A stretch of 64,000 bases of DNA from Trichosphaerium sp. ATCC 40318 (taxonomy: Eukaryota; Protista; Tubulinea), in NCBI GenBank assembly GCA_038496445.1, contig JALMLS010000208.1, forward strand, positions 1 through 64,000. Reading direction: 5' to 3'. A program made the translations under genes and the position numbers. The notes under the pieces were generated by a model. The model was not told the DNA's origin, searched no databases, and saw only the letters and a list, made by a program, of their open reading frames with translations. Below are positions 1 through 12,300 of this stretch, in pieces (position 1 is the stretch's first letter; each line of letters starts with the position of its first letter).

Positions 1-976
1 TTGCCCATTTTCATCCCAATACTTGTAGTATCTTTCTTTACCATCAACATAAAAAATGTGAATCCGTAGTCGCTCATTGCGGTCCCAACGCTTGCAATCT
101 CCATGATTCACTCCATTTGTGGTATTACACAGGTCCCGTAGGACACCATTTTCATACCAAGACTTGTACTCTCCTTCAAGTTTGCCATTAACATAAACAC
201 AATGGCTTTTGATTTGACCATTGTCGTACCAAGATTTGCGCTCTCCATTAAGTTCATCATCAACATAACAACACTGGGCAATCAGGATACCATTTGTCCC
301 CCATTTCTCATGTTTACCTTCAAGTTTATCATTCTGAAAATGCGTGTGGCATACCAATTTACCACAGTCATCCCAATGCTTGTACTCTCCATCAAGTTTA
401 CCTTTTACAAAGTGGTATTTCTGCATCAAGTATCCATGATCATACCAACGCTTGTATTCTCCATCAAGTTGACCATTAGAAAAGTACCCTTGTTCAGAAA
501 GTTGACCATTCTCATGCCATCTTTTGAACTCTCCATGTAATTTACCATGTTCCCAATACTCTTGTATCATAATGGTGGGTTGAATAGCAATGTTTTCTTC
601 TAGATAATGAGGTTCAAATGTATATTCCAACATGCTCTTCAAGTAACTTGAGATTTGTGAGGGTGTTGTAGAATAAGGAAAGTAAATCGATCTACTTTTC
701 GATGGTGATATCGATCATTAAAAAAGTGAGAATACGTAAACTTCTCCCATTTCCCGTGTTTGTTCAAGTTATCATCAAATCTCGTGCTTACTGCCAAACA
801 TTTACATAAAAGCGGCCATTTGAGATATATTTCGTTGTCTAGATCAATGATATCACGATGTAGCTCAGTTGGGAGCTCTAGTAAGTGATTTTCACATATT
901 AATGGTGCTATCTGTTTAATCTGTTAGTTAGCACTTTATATATATAACCAACGAGTACCTTGCGTTTAGTTGCCAT
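1..976 (-). CDS. F-box-like + MORN-variant (YwqK-like) repeat protein, 3' end outside window
   Basis: Manual minus-strand translation: MATKRK/intron/IKQIAPLICENHLLELPTELHRDIIDLD...; after a second GT-AG intron, repeats such as GKLHGEFKRWHENGQL and GQLDGEYKRWYDHG. Paralog of 1269-1928. Confidence 0.8.
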
Positions 977-1268
977 TTGAGGTAGACAGAAAGAGTGCTC
1001 TCTTAAGTCGTTGAAGTAATTAAGTCCGCTTTTTATTAATACCAACGCTAGTTGATAAGACAGTTTAGAACCAACATTTTAACATCATACATAATAGCAA
1101 AATGGAAAGGATATTTAACTAAACTTCTTAGAAGTCCAAGTTTGTCTGCTGAAAAATCTCGAAGCAAGTGTTAGATAGTGGCTTATTTCTGTTTACTATT
1201 GTAAGAGGTATGGCGGTCTGAGTGATAGGAATAAAGGTTAACTTTATTACACGTCTTAAAGGCGTGAT

Positions 1269-1928
1269 TTACATACAATAGAGCGTCCTTACACCATCAA
1301 CATAAAGAGTTTCAAAGCATGAAGCCCGGCCACGTAACCACTGCTTACATTTTCCTTCCAGCCTTCCATTGACGTAAAAACAATGCTTTCGCATTTTGCC
1401 AGTAGCATACCAACTCTTGTATTCTCCTTCCAATTCGCCATTGACATAATGGCTGTGCTCTTTTAATTGACCATTATGATACCATAGTTTAACCTCTCCT
1501 TCTCTCTTACCATTGACATAAAAACAACGCAATTCACAAAAACTGTACTCCTTCCACTCTCCTTCAAGTTTCCCACCAACATAATTATACTCAAGAGTTA
1601 AATCACCGTTTTTGCACCACACTTTCCATTCTCCTTCTTCTTTATCCATAACATAGTTACCTTGTGTTCTGAGCTTACCATTTTCATGCCATTGCTTGTA
1701 CTCTCCATGAAGGTTACCATGGTACCAATATTCTTGGCAAACAAGTGTCAACACTGGAGATGTCTTCATTTTGAGCCATTTACTATGTCTAGTCAAGTCA
1801 CCATCGAACCTTGATGAAGTTGCAGTGTATTTCGACAACAGTGGCCACTTGTAGTACACTTCAAAGTCTAAATCAATGATATCAAGTTGTAATTCGGTAG
1901 GAAGACGTAAGAGTAAAGCAGTATTCAT
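1269..1928 (-). CDS. F-box-like + MORN-variant repeat protein
   Basis: N-terminal LLRLPTELQLDII followed by GxxxGEYKxWyxNG repeats; single ORF of 219 aa. Confidence 0.85.
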   Translation of the reverse strand: MNTALLLRLPTELQLDIIDLDFEVYYKWPLLSKYTATSSRFDGDLTRHSKWLKMKTSPVLTLVCQEYWYHGNLHGEYKQWHENGKLRTQGNYVMDKEEGEWKVWCKNGDLTLEYNYVGGKLEGEWKEYSFCELRCFYVNGKREGEVKLWYHNGQLKEHSHYVNGELEGEYKSWYATGKMRKHCFYVNGRLEGKCKQWLRGRASCFETLYVDGVRTLYCM

Positions 1929-2603
1929 CTTTTTCAGTTGTTAACGGCGTAATGGACGATTAGTTGTTGTAAAATCTTCAATTAGTTCGTAGAACGTTTT
2001 GTTATGTTGTTGTACCGGACAAGGCACGTGAATGGTACAGGAAGCTAATGTGTTATTACAGCGCAAACGGGTCAAAGCGAAGTCAAAGCTGCTGGTAGCG
2101 TACCTACTCCGCCAAGTATAAAGTACCTTGTAGTCGTGATCACGTTCCGGTAAGCATTTTGCTTGTAGTCAAAGGGTCATTATCACGTGTTTAATCTCAA
2201 GGTCGAATGTGCCAAAACGCAGAACTTTGAAATAATTTGTTTTGTTTGGTATGATTGCTACGCATAAACGAGTATTACCTTGATACATTTCGTGTCCGTG
2301 TTGGCCGCAATGGGTGATATTTCGGCAGTATTGCATGACACATCTTTCTGATTCCTTCTGTGGATGTGTAAACTCTCGTTTTAACTGTTTGAAGACCCTA
2401 ATATATTATCGTTTTAGGCAATAGCAAGTCGAGTATTGTACTCATTAAAGTGCTCCTTATAGTATGAGTGGTATGATTAAACTGTTTTTATTTCTACTCA
2501 GTATAGCATTAAAACCTTTGAGTGATTTGATGCATTCTTGTGTTACATTTTCACATTCAAGAATAGTAAGCTCACGCATCTTGTAATTCTGATACTGTCA
2601 TAT

Positions 2604-3890
2604 TTAACCAAGATGAATGGTATGTACACCTGTAAGTGCTTTGAGGCCCTCATCTGTTATGTACTTGCAGCGCATGAGATTAATTTCATGAACACTTTTG
2701 AGAGCTTTAATGCCTTCATCTGTTACATCAGTGTCCATGAGATAAATACAATGAACGTTTTTGAGCGCTTTAATACCTTCATCTGTAAAGTGTTTACATC
2801 CACTAAGGTCTATTTCATAAGCATCTTTCAGAGCTTTTAAACCTTCATCTGCAACCTTTGTGTTTCTAAGAAATATAGTATGTACACCCTTTAAATATTT
2901 TATACCGACATCTGTCACATTAGGACAAAAACTAAGGTTGATTTCATGAACACCTTTAAGAGCTTTTAGACCTTCATCTGTAACATTAGTGTCCATAATA
3001 TCTATAGTATGTACACCTCCCAATGCCTCAATACCCTCATCTCGTACAAGAATACTACCACTTAGGTATATTTCATGAACACCTTTTAATGCTTTTACAC
3101 CCTCATCAGAAATAAGGGAACAATCAAACATACGTATTGTATGAACACCAGCTAGTGCTTTAAGATCACTATCATTGATTGTACTCTCAACCTCAGCTGT
3201 TGTTATGATCTTACGGCAACCAAATAGCATTGAATACAAAGTATTCTCTGTCATCCCACAAAGTCCAACCAAAGTGTTATTCATTATTCCCTTGTATTGT
3301 CTTATCTTTAAGATATCTTCAACATTGTTTAGGTAAATACAATAATATCCAACAACATCATGGACAATATCTGCCATCAAACGACATGTTTGAGCAACAC
3401 TGAATCTATCTTCTGCGTACTCAATGATACTTGAAATAATCTCAGGAGGAAAATCAAGAATATTTTGTACTTTGGTAGTCACGTGATAATTTCTATGTGC
3501 TATTGGTAAGCGAAAAAACCAAGAAGGCGGGAAAAACGCAAAATGTCGCATTTGGAAGGAGACGCACTTTTTTTTCTTTAATTGCTTTTGTTTTGGTAAT
3601 GTTACGCCAGTAGGACGCTGTGCGTGTTGATTGTGAACGTTTACGTCTGTTTCTGCATGTTCGAAGAGAATTTGATCCAGTTGTTGCGCCAGACGCGTGT
3701 TTGATGCGTTCAATACGGTTTCAAGCTGTTTTGTGAGTGTTTCGTGTTTATTCTCAGTAACTTTAATAAAAGCTTCCGAATGGTGATTACGATAATACTT
3801 CAACACTTGTTCTATCGAAACACCAGAAAAGTTCATTCTGATTTGGGTTATCGTTCTTTTTTGTGAGCTATTTTCGATTTTGTCTAGCAA
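2604..3890 (-). CDS. F-box + leucine-rich repeat protein (start uncertain, 3' end possibly frameshifted)
   Basis: ILDFPPEIISSII F-box motif, then ~21-22 aa repeats GVHxIxLxxxxVTDEGxKAL. Confidence 0.8.
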   Translation of the reverse strand: MLDKIENSSQKRTITQIRMNFSGVSIEQVLKYYRNHHSEAFIKVTENKHETLTKQLETVLNASNTRLAQQLDQILFEHAETDVNVHNQHAQRPTGVTLPKQKQLKKKKCVSFQMRHFAFFPPSWFFRLPIAHRNYHVTTKVQNILDFPPEIISSIIEYAEDRFSVAQTCRLMADIVHDVVGYYCIYLNNVEDILKIRQYKGIMNNTLVGLCGMTENTLYSMLFGCRKIITTAEVESTINDSDLKALAGVHTIRMFDCSLISDEGVKALKGVHEIYLSGSILVRDEGIEALGGVHTIDIMDTNVTDEGLKALKGVHEINLSFCPNVTDVGIKYLKGVHTIFLRNTKVADEGLKALKDAYEIDLSGCKHFTDEGIKALKNVHCIYLMDTDVTDEGIKALKSVHEINLMRCKYITDEGLKALTGVHTIHLG

Positions 3891-4186
3891 ACTCTGCTTA
3901 GCATGCTGACTTAGGATTTGCCCTTAAGGCATGGCGAGCCTGACACTTTGCTATCAATATAACAAAGAATCTCAGCCTAGTGGCTATTATCATACAGCTT
4001 GTACTCTCCGTAGGTCTCCAGTGATGTAAAAAACAGTGCTCACTTGGCTAGTTGACTATGTTAGTTGAGGATTGGAGGATTACGTAATTGAATGGTTTAC
4101 CAGCAGGCAACAACAACTCTTAAGAATTCTTAACGCAAGTACTAATGGCAATATTGCGTATATCTGTTGTACATGTATCTCGTGGC

Positions 4187-4500
4187 TCAAAAAACAAGAA
4201 ACAATGCAGTGTTGATGATTTTTATTAATTCGAAACTATCAACTAATCGAGTTGTTATAATTTGAAGGGCTGCCTCAATATTGATGTCACTAGTTTGGAC
4301 AAGGCTTATACCCAGTGGTTCAATACAATCTTTTGAGATATCAACACCCTCTAAAAGGTTAATGAGTTTGAGAGATGTGAGGTGTTTCAAGCAATCATTT
4401 GTTATTTTGTAACCACAGTTCAGTAAAATCCTATCGAAGCCAATATTGTGACGGATAATGTCGTTATAGGCGACACATTGTAGAAGCTTGTATACGCTGT
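4187..4500 (-). pseudogene. LRR gene fragment
   Basis: LRR-like text (ITNDCLKHLTSLKLINLLEG) without an intact upstream frame. Confidence 0.4.
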
Positions 4501-4754
4501 TTTTATTTAAATAACGAAAGTGAATACTACTCTGGCGGAAGCTGTGAAAGTAGAATGACTTGTTCTGTCATTGTTTCATCGTATAACAAAACACGTATGA
4601 GATAAGTAGTGAAATCGATTTGTCACGTGATAAAATCACTGTTGACTGGATTAAGACCATTCAAAATAATCACGTGAATATCCATGTTTTTCTTCTAGTT
4701 GTTTTACCCTGCGTCGAACCAAACCACTTCATTGACGCAAGCTATAGATTAAAT

Positions 4755-6125
4755 ATGAACGTAAACAGTGCATTCTTTAATGAGATTCCGGTTGAAGTTG
4801 TCGTTCATGTTCTACAATTTGTTTCATTGTTAACTTTAAGATCAGTTGTCCTTGTATCTAGAATATTCGCTAAAATAGCTACAACTCACTTGGGATACGA
4901 TGGAGGAAGACGTATTATCCTCAAGAGAAAGAAGAAGCTAAAAAAGCTATTCAAGGAAGCGCCTCACCTCATCAAAACATGCAGAATCGATGTTAGGTTC
5001 TCAATCAAACAAAAACACTTGAAGCTCTTACAAGGAGCCTATAACCTCAAGCTTTATAGTAGAATTGACCACATTGACTTTGATGGCTTTAAGGTGAACA
5101 GCATTGATCTTACTAATTGTTTATACACATTTACTGACAAACATCTCAAACAACTTGCAGGAACAAAAAGAATTATAGCGAAGGGTTGTAGATTAATTAC
5201 AAGCAATGGTATTAACGCACTGTATGGAGTTCATGCAATTAATTTAAGCTTTTGTGGTAATCTTGGAGATGATTGTTTTACAGCATTGGCTGGAGTTCAT
5301 ACGATAAGTTTGGCTATTACAAATGTAACAGATAATGACATCAAGGCATTGGCTGGAGTTCATACAATTATTCTAAGCTTGTGTAAAGTGACTGATGTAG
5401 GAGTTAAGGCTTTGGCTGGTGTTCATACCATCTGTTTAACTCAGTGCAAGCATGTTACGGATGATGGCATTAAAGCACTGGCAGGGGTTAACACAATTAA
5501 GTTAAACTGGTGTACACAAGTTACTGAAGAGGGTATTGCAGCTTTAGCTGGTGTCCATAAAATTGAGCTCTATAAAACAAATGTTAGAGATGTTAAAGTG
5601 CTTGCTGGGGTACACACAGTGGGTTTAGGACATTGTACCATCACAAATGACATTGTTATAGCATTGGCAGGTGTTCATACTATTGGTCTAAACCATTGTG
5701 ACTCTGTTACAGATGACGGCATTAAAGCCTTGGCTGGTGTTCATACAATTGATATAAGCTTTTGTTTAAATATAACTGATTGTGGTATTGAAGCATTGGC
5801 AGGTGTTCATGCAATTAACATTAGTGGCACTAATGTAACGGATAAGGGTATCAAGGCTTTGGCTGGTGTACATACTATCAGTGTAAGTAGTACAAGAGTT
5901 ACAGATGACGGTGTTAAAGCGCTTGTTGGCGTTCATGCTATTGATTTGGCTTTTTGTAGAGCTGTCACAGATGATGGAGTTAAAGCCCTTGTAGGTGTTT
6001 ACTCAATTAACCTCAAAGGCACTGCAACTTCGAAGAAAATTTATAAATCACTTCCAGAAGTTAAACGACTTGAGCAAAAGCACTATACCTTTTACAGCTT
6101 TCCGTTATTTGATATTAAGATTTAG
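4755..6125 (+). CDS. F-box + LRR protein, intronless
   Basis: ATG 4755 (MNVNSAFFNEIPVEVVVHVLQF, F-box); many GVHTI...VTDDGIKALA repeats; AATAAA near 6162; paralog of 27625-28620. Confidence 0.9.
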   Translation: MNVNSAFFNEIPVEVVVHVLQFVSLLTLRSVVLVSRIFAKIATTHLGYDGGRRIILKRKKKLKKLFKEAPHLIKTCRIDVRFSIKQKHLKLLQGAYNLKLYSRIDHIDFDGFKVNSIDLTNCLYTFTDKHLKQLAGTKRIIAKGCRLITSNGINALYGVHAINLSFCGNLGDDCFTALAGVHTISLAITNVTDNDIKALAGVHTIILSLCKVTDVGVKALAGVHTICLTQCKHVTDDGIKALAGVNTIKLNWCTQVTEEGIAALAGVHKIELYKTNVRDVKVLAGVHTVGLGHCTITNDIVIALAGVHTIGLNHCDSVTDDGIKALAGVHTIDISFCLNITDCGIEALAGVHAINISGTNVTDKGIKALAGVHTISVSSTRVTDDGVKALVGVHAIDLAFCRAVTDDGVKALVGVYSINLKGTATSKKIYKSLPEVKRLEQKHYTFYSFPLFDIKI

Positions 6126-7513
6126 ATTCACCTATACACGTGCACATAATCAAATACCCTAAATAAAGTACAACAGAGTTGTATGTTGTCACAGCCATAG
6201 CTTGTTTCAAAAAAGCAATTGTTGCCTTAGTGTCGAAAATGCCATTTGTACCTACCAATTATTGAACCAAGAGGCAGCCCCACTTTATTCATAATAATTA
6301 CAAGGTAATTACATCGAAAAAAATCCTTCCCAGCTTGCTTGATCAGGCTCCGAAAAGTTCCCACAAATTTTGGAGCCACGTGCCAGCGTCGTACCATGAT
6401 TAACCTAAAAAACCATAAAAAGTAAAATATAAGGAAAGAAAATAAAAAAGTACTGAACCAATCGTACAATTGACAAGCATTGTTTTTGCAGCCAAGGTTA
6501 AAGTGAACATCATTTGTGTCAATCACTTAACACTACTTAACCAAAGTACGTCAGACACAACATGGCGAAAAAAACTTCGATTTTTACGAAGTGTGCAACT
6601 TCTCTTAAAAATCGTTACAATCTATACCTTTGAACTATATTCAGTGCCTTATTGTTGTGTTTACGCTTCAATCTCTTCATGTCTGTTTGTCTACTCAAAT
6701 TATGTCCTGAATGCTCGAATATGTTTAAAGGTTACAACGGAAACCATCTATGCGTGGTTAGGTTGTACAAGGCCGTTTCCTTATAAAAAACAATGCATGC
6801 TCCCAAAAATAGAGTTATATACCTATCCTGTTACCTTTTACGCCCAAGAGGGCCCTTCCTACCCACTGAGCACTGTCTTACGCTTTTGTCTACATGTCTC
6901 GCGTTGTTTTAGCCTACCAGCGCCCCAAAATACCATCAACGCTATAAAACCATGCCTACACCGCTACTCCAGTCATCGTCTAAATATATTACGCGCAGAA
7001 AACTGCTTTCGCCACTGTGCTATAAAAACACAAATCAACATGCAGCAAACACACCTCAAGAACCACGATACCTCTAAACAACACACTACTCCCAAACTAC
7101 CAAAAAGGCAACACTATAAATGGCAAAAACCAAATCACAAACATTATACACTCCCGAACAAACACAAAGATTTCTCCGCTATGCACGCTGCAGAAGTAGC
7201 AAACCACGGCCTTATCTATGCCTATCATCAAACCTCTCAATATGCGGACAAATATAACTCTATTTATATCTCTGTAAATTCCAATAAAACAAACCCGATA
7301 AAAATTCGACCCGGTAAGTCCGCCCGAAGTCACACAAGATCCTGTAATACATACCACTATCACAACAAGCAAAACGTGAGTACCTATACGAATATCGCTA
7401 AATCTAGCTCGTGTAAAAAAATTTGCCTACGAAAACTGCACCTTATTAAATATATCAACAAGATTTTAACAACCAAACACCCACTACATTATCATCCATA
7501 CCACCAATGCATC

Positions 7514-9000
7514 ATGGCCGCCAATAATACCTCCACTGACTTCGACTTTGACGATCTCAATAACTTCGACTTTGCCATTGACAATGACCCTCCTTCTCCC
7601 AAAAAACCTTGCAATAATAAAGGCTTACCTCGTAGCCCTGTCGAGAAAGGTTACCAAAAATTGTATTGTAAAGAGCCTGTAATGATCAATGGTGACTGGC
7701 CAGTCATGGTAGTCCTCAACAACGGCGAAACCTCCTCAAGCGATGTCGAACTCTTCATTGGTTCCAAAGCCAATCACAACATCACCAAATACTCCGGCAG
7801 CATTCAATATCTCCCGATGTTATACGCCCACTTCCCAACCTCTCCTGATGCCGAAGACTTTGCCAACTGGGTCTGGACCAAGGGTGGCGAAGCATACTAC
7901 ATCGCCGACTTCAACCGTGCCATATGCAAGATCCAACGCGTCAACAATCAAAAGTCACGCCAACAATCCAACAACAACCGAAGCTCCAACAACAACAACA
8001 ACAACAACAACCGCAACAAGACCACACAAGTCGTTGGGCACTTTCTCTTGCACCAACAACGCGAGAATGTTGCCAACCTCTCACCTCATGCGCTAGCCCT
8101 CACCTCCTCTTGGGCCAACGACTCTTATGGAAAACTCCTCTTCTACTCTCCGGCTGGCAGAAACATTGCAGTTAGAGAAACTGGTGCGCTCGGCGTTCGT
8201 GGCGGTCCTGTATCTCTCGCAGCACCTATCCTACCTTACCATCCCTTCACGCTTATAGCGCCTCGCCTTCCAAAGCGCGCTGATCCAAACGAAGTCCACG
8301 CTGATGTCCTCGCCTCTCTTGCACCTCACGTTGACTTTGATCAAATTTTCGTGGCAAGCTCCATCTATGCCAAGTCCACCATAGGTTACGCTCTTATTAC
8401 CTTTGACACCCACACTGAAATGCAAGAAGAGCTCGACCGCATGTCTAACCGTACGCGCTACAAAGGTATTCTCAAAGGTTCTGGCCTCGAAATCATCAAC
8501 GAGGATTGGGACTATCGCAAGGATGAACCCAAAAATGCTGCTAAACTTGGTCTCGTAAAGGAGACAGAATATATTCGCCGCAAGGAGCGCGAATCCAAAG
8601 TCCAATCTCGTGCTACTAAAGCTCACTCTGCTGCCATTAAAAAACTGGGAAAAGGGTACGACTTCTCTCTTTCTCTTTTTTTCCAGTCTCTTGCTCGAAA
8701 CGCTTTTCCTCTCTCTCTTGCACTTTTACTCACACTTTATGTAGCCTCAAGGTTCTTGCTGGCAAACTGGAAAACCTCTCTCTCGCCGCTGCTCACAACG
8801 GTGAGCTCATTCGTTCCTTGGTTGATGCCCAAGACACCTCTCCTCCTGCTGATACGCCAATGGCAGATGTCGCTGCTGACATTGTCTTGGATGAAAATGT
8901 CGATCCAAATGCGGTACTTGGTAAACGTCGTAAGGTCCTTAAGAGCGCCAAGAGCGTTAAAAGGAGACGTAGCGCCAGAATTCTCATCGAAGAAGATTAG
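7514..9000 (+). CDS. LINE-A ORF1p, spliced form join(7514..8655,8745..9000): RRM-like RNA-binding protein with basic C-terminus
   Basis: MAANNTSTDF start; RNP1-like GYALITF; splicing gives ...KKLGKG/LKVLAGKLENL...GKRRKVLKSAKSVKRRRSARILIEED*, in frame with the listed 8818-9000 ORF. Confidence 0.72.
8656..8744 (+). other. Predicted spliceosomal intron (89 nt) in LINE-A ORF1
   Basis: GTACGA donor, pyrimidine-rich body, TACTCAC branch-like motif, ATGTAG acceptor; same style and size as host introns in this window. Confidence 0.75.
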
Positions 9001-9332
9001 ACTACCATCAAGTTGTAACTGTAAAGTTTACTGTAGTCCAAATACATATAATATTGTTGTTTATTGCCTTAGTACATTTTTTCTTTCTTGCTCGTTACTT
9101 TTTAGACACACTGACCAATGTCTCCTCCTTTCTAACTTGCCTATCATCGCCTTGGTTGTCTTCTTATCAGCAGCCGTAGTTGAGACAGAAACTTTACACA
9201 CAATAAAACCACTCGTACTTTTCTCTAATCCTCCTCTCTTTCTCCCTTCTGGTATCAATAGTATACCACCTTGCAACCTTCGTTATCTGCACTGTGGCTG
9301 GTGTTTCTTCTTTCCTTGTTTTCTTATGACTC

Positions 9333-12300
9333 ATGACAAGTCAGATAGAGACAAGTGAGAATATGACCTCTAACGAGGACATATACCCAGTCACAGGTGC
9401 TCAAGAACGTAGTTGCAACGTTTCGAACATCACTAACCCTCGAAGAGGCAAATATAGTTTCCAAACGCTCAATTTAGTAACTACAAATCTAAATGGAGGA
9501 TGGAAAGCTAACTCTGAAAGGCTATACACAGAGGCTACCAAACGTGATGTTCACATCATAGCGGTGCAAGAACCTCTTGTCAAACACAATGTCCTATACC
9601 AAAACACACACTACCATCTCAAGAAAGAATATACCATGTACTTTGCGCTCCTCACCAGAGAAGAGAGAGTCGCTAAAGCCCTCACTAACAAAAACAATAA
9701 ACTTCGTAGCAACAAACTCTCCAAAGAGCAACTCAATACGCTAATACAAAACAAAATTGACAGCGATTATGACACCAAAGCATCTGAAGGAGTAATCACT
9801 CTCATCAGAAAAGACATAAACAGGCTCGTCACGCACGTGGAGTACGATCAACATAAAAAGTACATCATCACAGAAATAGCTTATAAAAAGAAAATCTTCA
9901 TTATTGTCAACATATACGCACCCTGTGCATACAGAAAAAACGCAGAATTCATGTCCAGAGTAAAGCAAGCTGTACTAACAAGAAAAAATTCCAACAAAGG
10001 GAAAAAGCATGAAATCATTATACTAGGAGACTTTAATGCGCTCATAAACCCCAAAGACTTCTGGAAACTTGAAAATGCCACCACAATCTTACCACCCAAA
10101 ACGAGCGAAAGCTTAAACAATCTCATCAACACCCACAAACTAACATCAGCATTTCACTCTGTACATTCCAAAACAGTATTTACAAGATACGGTACAGAAA
10201 AAAGTGACAATGCCATGTACAAAACCAAATCGCACATAGACCTTGTACTCATCAAAGCAGCACGTACAAAACTTATCAACAAAATATACGTGGACCTAGA
10301 CACTACAATCTCCAGTGACCACAGGCCTGTATACCTAGAATACATATGGGACACTGCCCAAAAGTACACCGAACCACCGCTTCAACCCAAACCATGCATA
10401 CGCAAGCACACCACTAGTGAGGCCAACAAGGCTTTTGAAGATTTTGACATCACCACTAAATCTAACAACCTACTCATGACCTTCCTAAACAACGCTAATG
10501 AGGACCCTACTAAACTTGTAGAACAATTACAAGAAGACGTGTATGCCCATGCAGCCAAAAAACTTGGCACTAGAAAGAGAGGCAAGAAACACCTTCTATA
10601 CAGTACCAAACTCAACAATGTACGCACCACGCGCAAACAACTACTTAGACACAGAAATAAGTTAAGCAAATACGACAAACGTACCATACCAAACAAACTC
10701 AAAAAACAGGTAAAAGTCTCACTCAAAAGAGCAAACAAAATCACACCCTCCATAAACAAATACGACGCACACATCACATGCGAAGAAACTAGACAACAAG
10801 TGAAAAAAGCCATCATTTTACTAAGTAAAATACAAGATAACACAGCGTCCGAGCTTGTAGCCAAAAAGATTAAAACCAGAATAAACGATCTCATTGATAA
10901 ATATAGTAATGAGCCCAAAAAATTCTTTGACAACCTGCTACACAGGAAAAAAGTACAAACAGCGTCTCCGCTCACGCACCCTACCACCAAACAGGTTATC
11001 CTCAACCCCAAAGAGAAACTAGAAGTCTTCAAAGAGACATGGAAAGAAATCTTGCAAAAATCTAAACCACCGCCAAACATCACACCATACTGGTTACAAC
11101 AACCAGTCAATATCACTAAAAACATGAAAGACGAACCAATCACCTTTGAAGAATACATGTCAGCAGTAAACAACGCAAAAACTAAAAAACAACCAGGCGA
11201 AGACAGACTCACCACCGAAATAATACAAGCAATGGACGAAAAGTACCACAGCATACTTTGGAAAGTATGCCAAAGATGTTTTACGCTGGGAGTTATCCCA
11301 GAAGCATGGAGAACATCCCACCTATATCTAATACACAAACAAGGATCGCCAAACACCGACCCAACCAACTACAGACCTATAGCACTGCTATCAATACAAC
11401 ATAAAATATATACCAGAATCTTGTACGAACGACTCATGAAGTACTTCGAAGATAATAACATCTTCTCCCCTTTACAAAATGGTTTCAGACGAAACAAATC
11501 CACAATCACACAAATCTCCAATCTAATCAACATCTTCGAAGACAACAAACAACACGGAGGACAACTCCACGCCCTCTTTGTAGACATCAAAAAAGCGTTT
11601 GACTCCGTGGAACACTGGAGCATAGAACAAACACTCAAGTACTATAAAGTACCAAACACCTTTGTCCAAGCCATCAAAGGCACCTACTCTAAAGGACTGG
11701 CTGCAATACTTAATCAGGACGGTCTTTCCACTGACTTCAAAATAAAAAATGGAGTCAGACAAGGCGACATCCTGTCACCGCTACTATTCATTATCATACT
11801 TAACCCAATACTGGAATACATTAAAAGCTTAAATATAGGCTATACCTTCCATAACAATAAAAAAATCAACATACCTATGCTAGCATACTGTGATGACCTC
11901 GCACTACTCACCCGAGCCAAAAACAAGTTGTCTATAATGATGACACATCTCAATACATTCTTCGAATACAACCGCATGAAGGTTAACACCAAAAAAACCA
12001 AGTACATGAACTCGCTCAAAGATGGATTACCCATCAGCTACCTCAACACCATGACAAACACCCAGGTCACACTAGACAACGTAGGAAAAGAAGCATCATA
12101 TAAGTACCTAGGTGTAAAAATAAACATGCAATTGAACTGGGCAACAGACGAAAAGTCAGCACTAGCTGCCGTAAAACGCAGACTTACCCTAATCAAGAAA
12201 CGCTACATCCCCCTTGTGTCTCATACAGACATTATAAACAAAGTCATTGTGCCTGCCTTTCAATACCACACAAACTTCTACCTCGTAACAAACGCCACTC

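Noticed and set aside
4755-6125. Regular ~63-66 nt repeats as a CRISPR-like array
   Set aside because: They are coding LRR units with synonymous variation; no spacers or cas genes.
7964-8018. (AAC)n repeat
   Set aside because: Ordinary poly-Asn microsatellite inside ORF1, not an array.
10382-11368. 328-aa antisense ORF and other minus-strand ORFs within LINE-A ORF2
   Set aside because: Shadow ORFs from the strong A/C strand bias of pol; no motifs.
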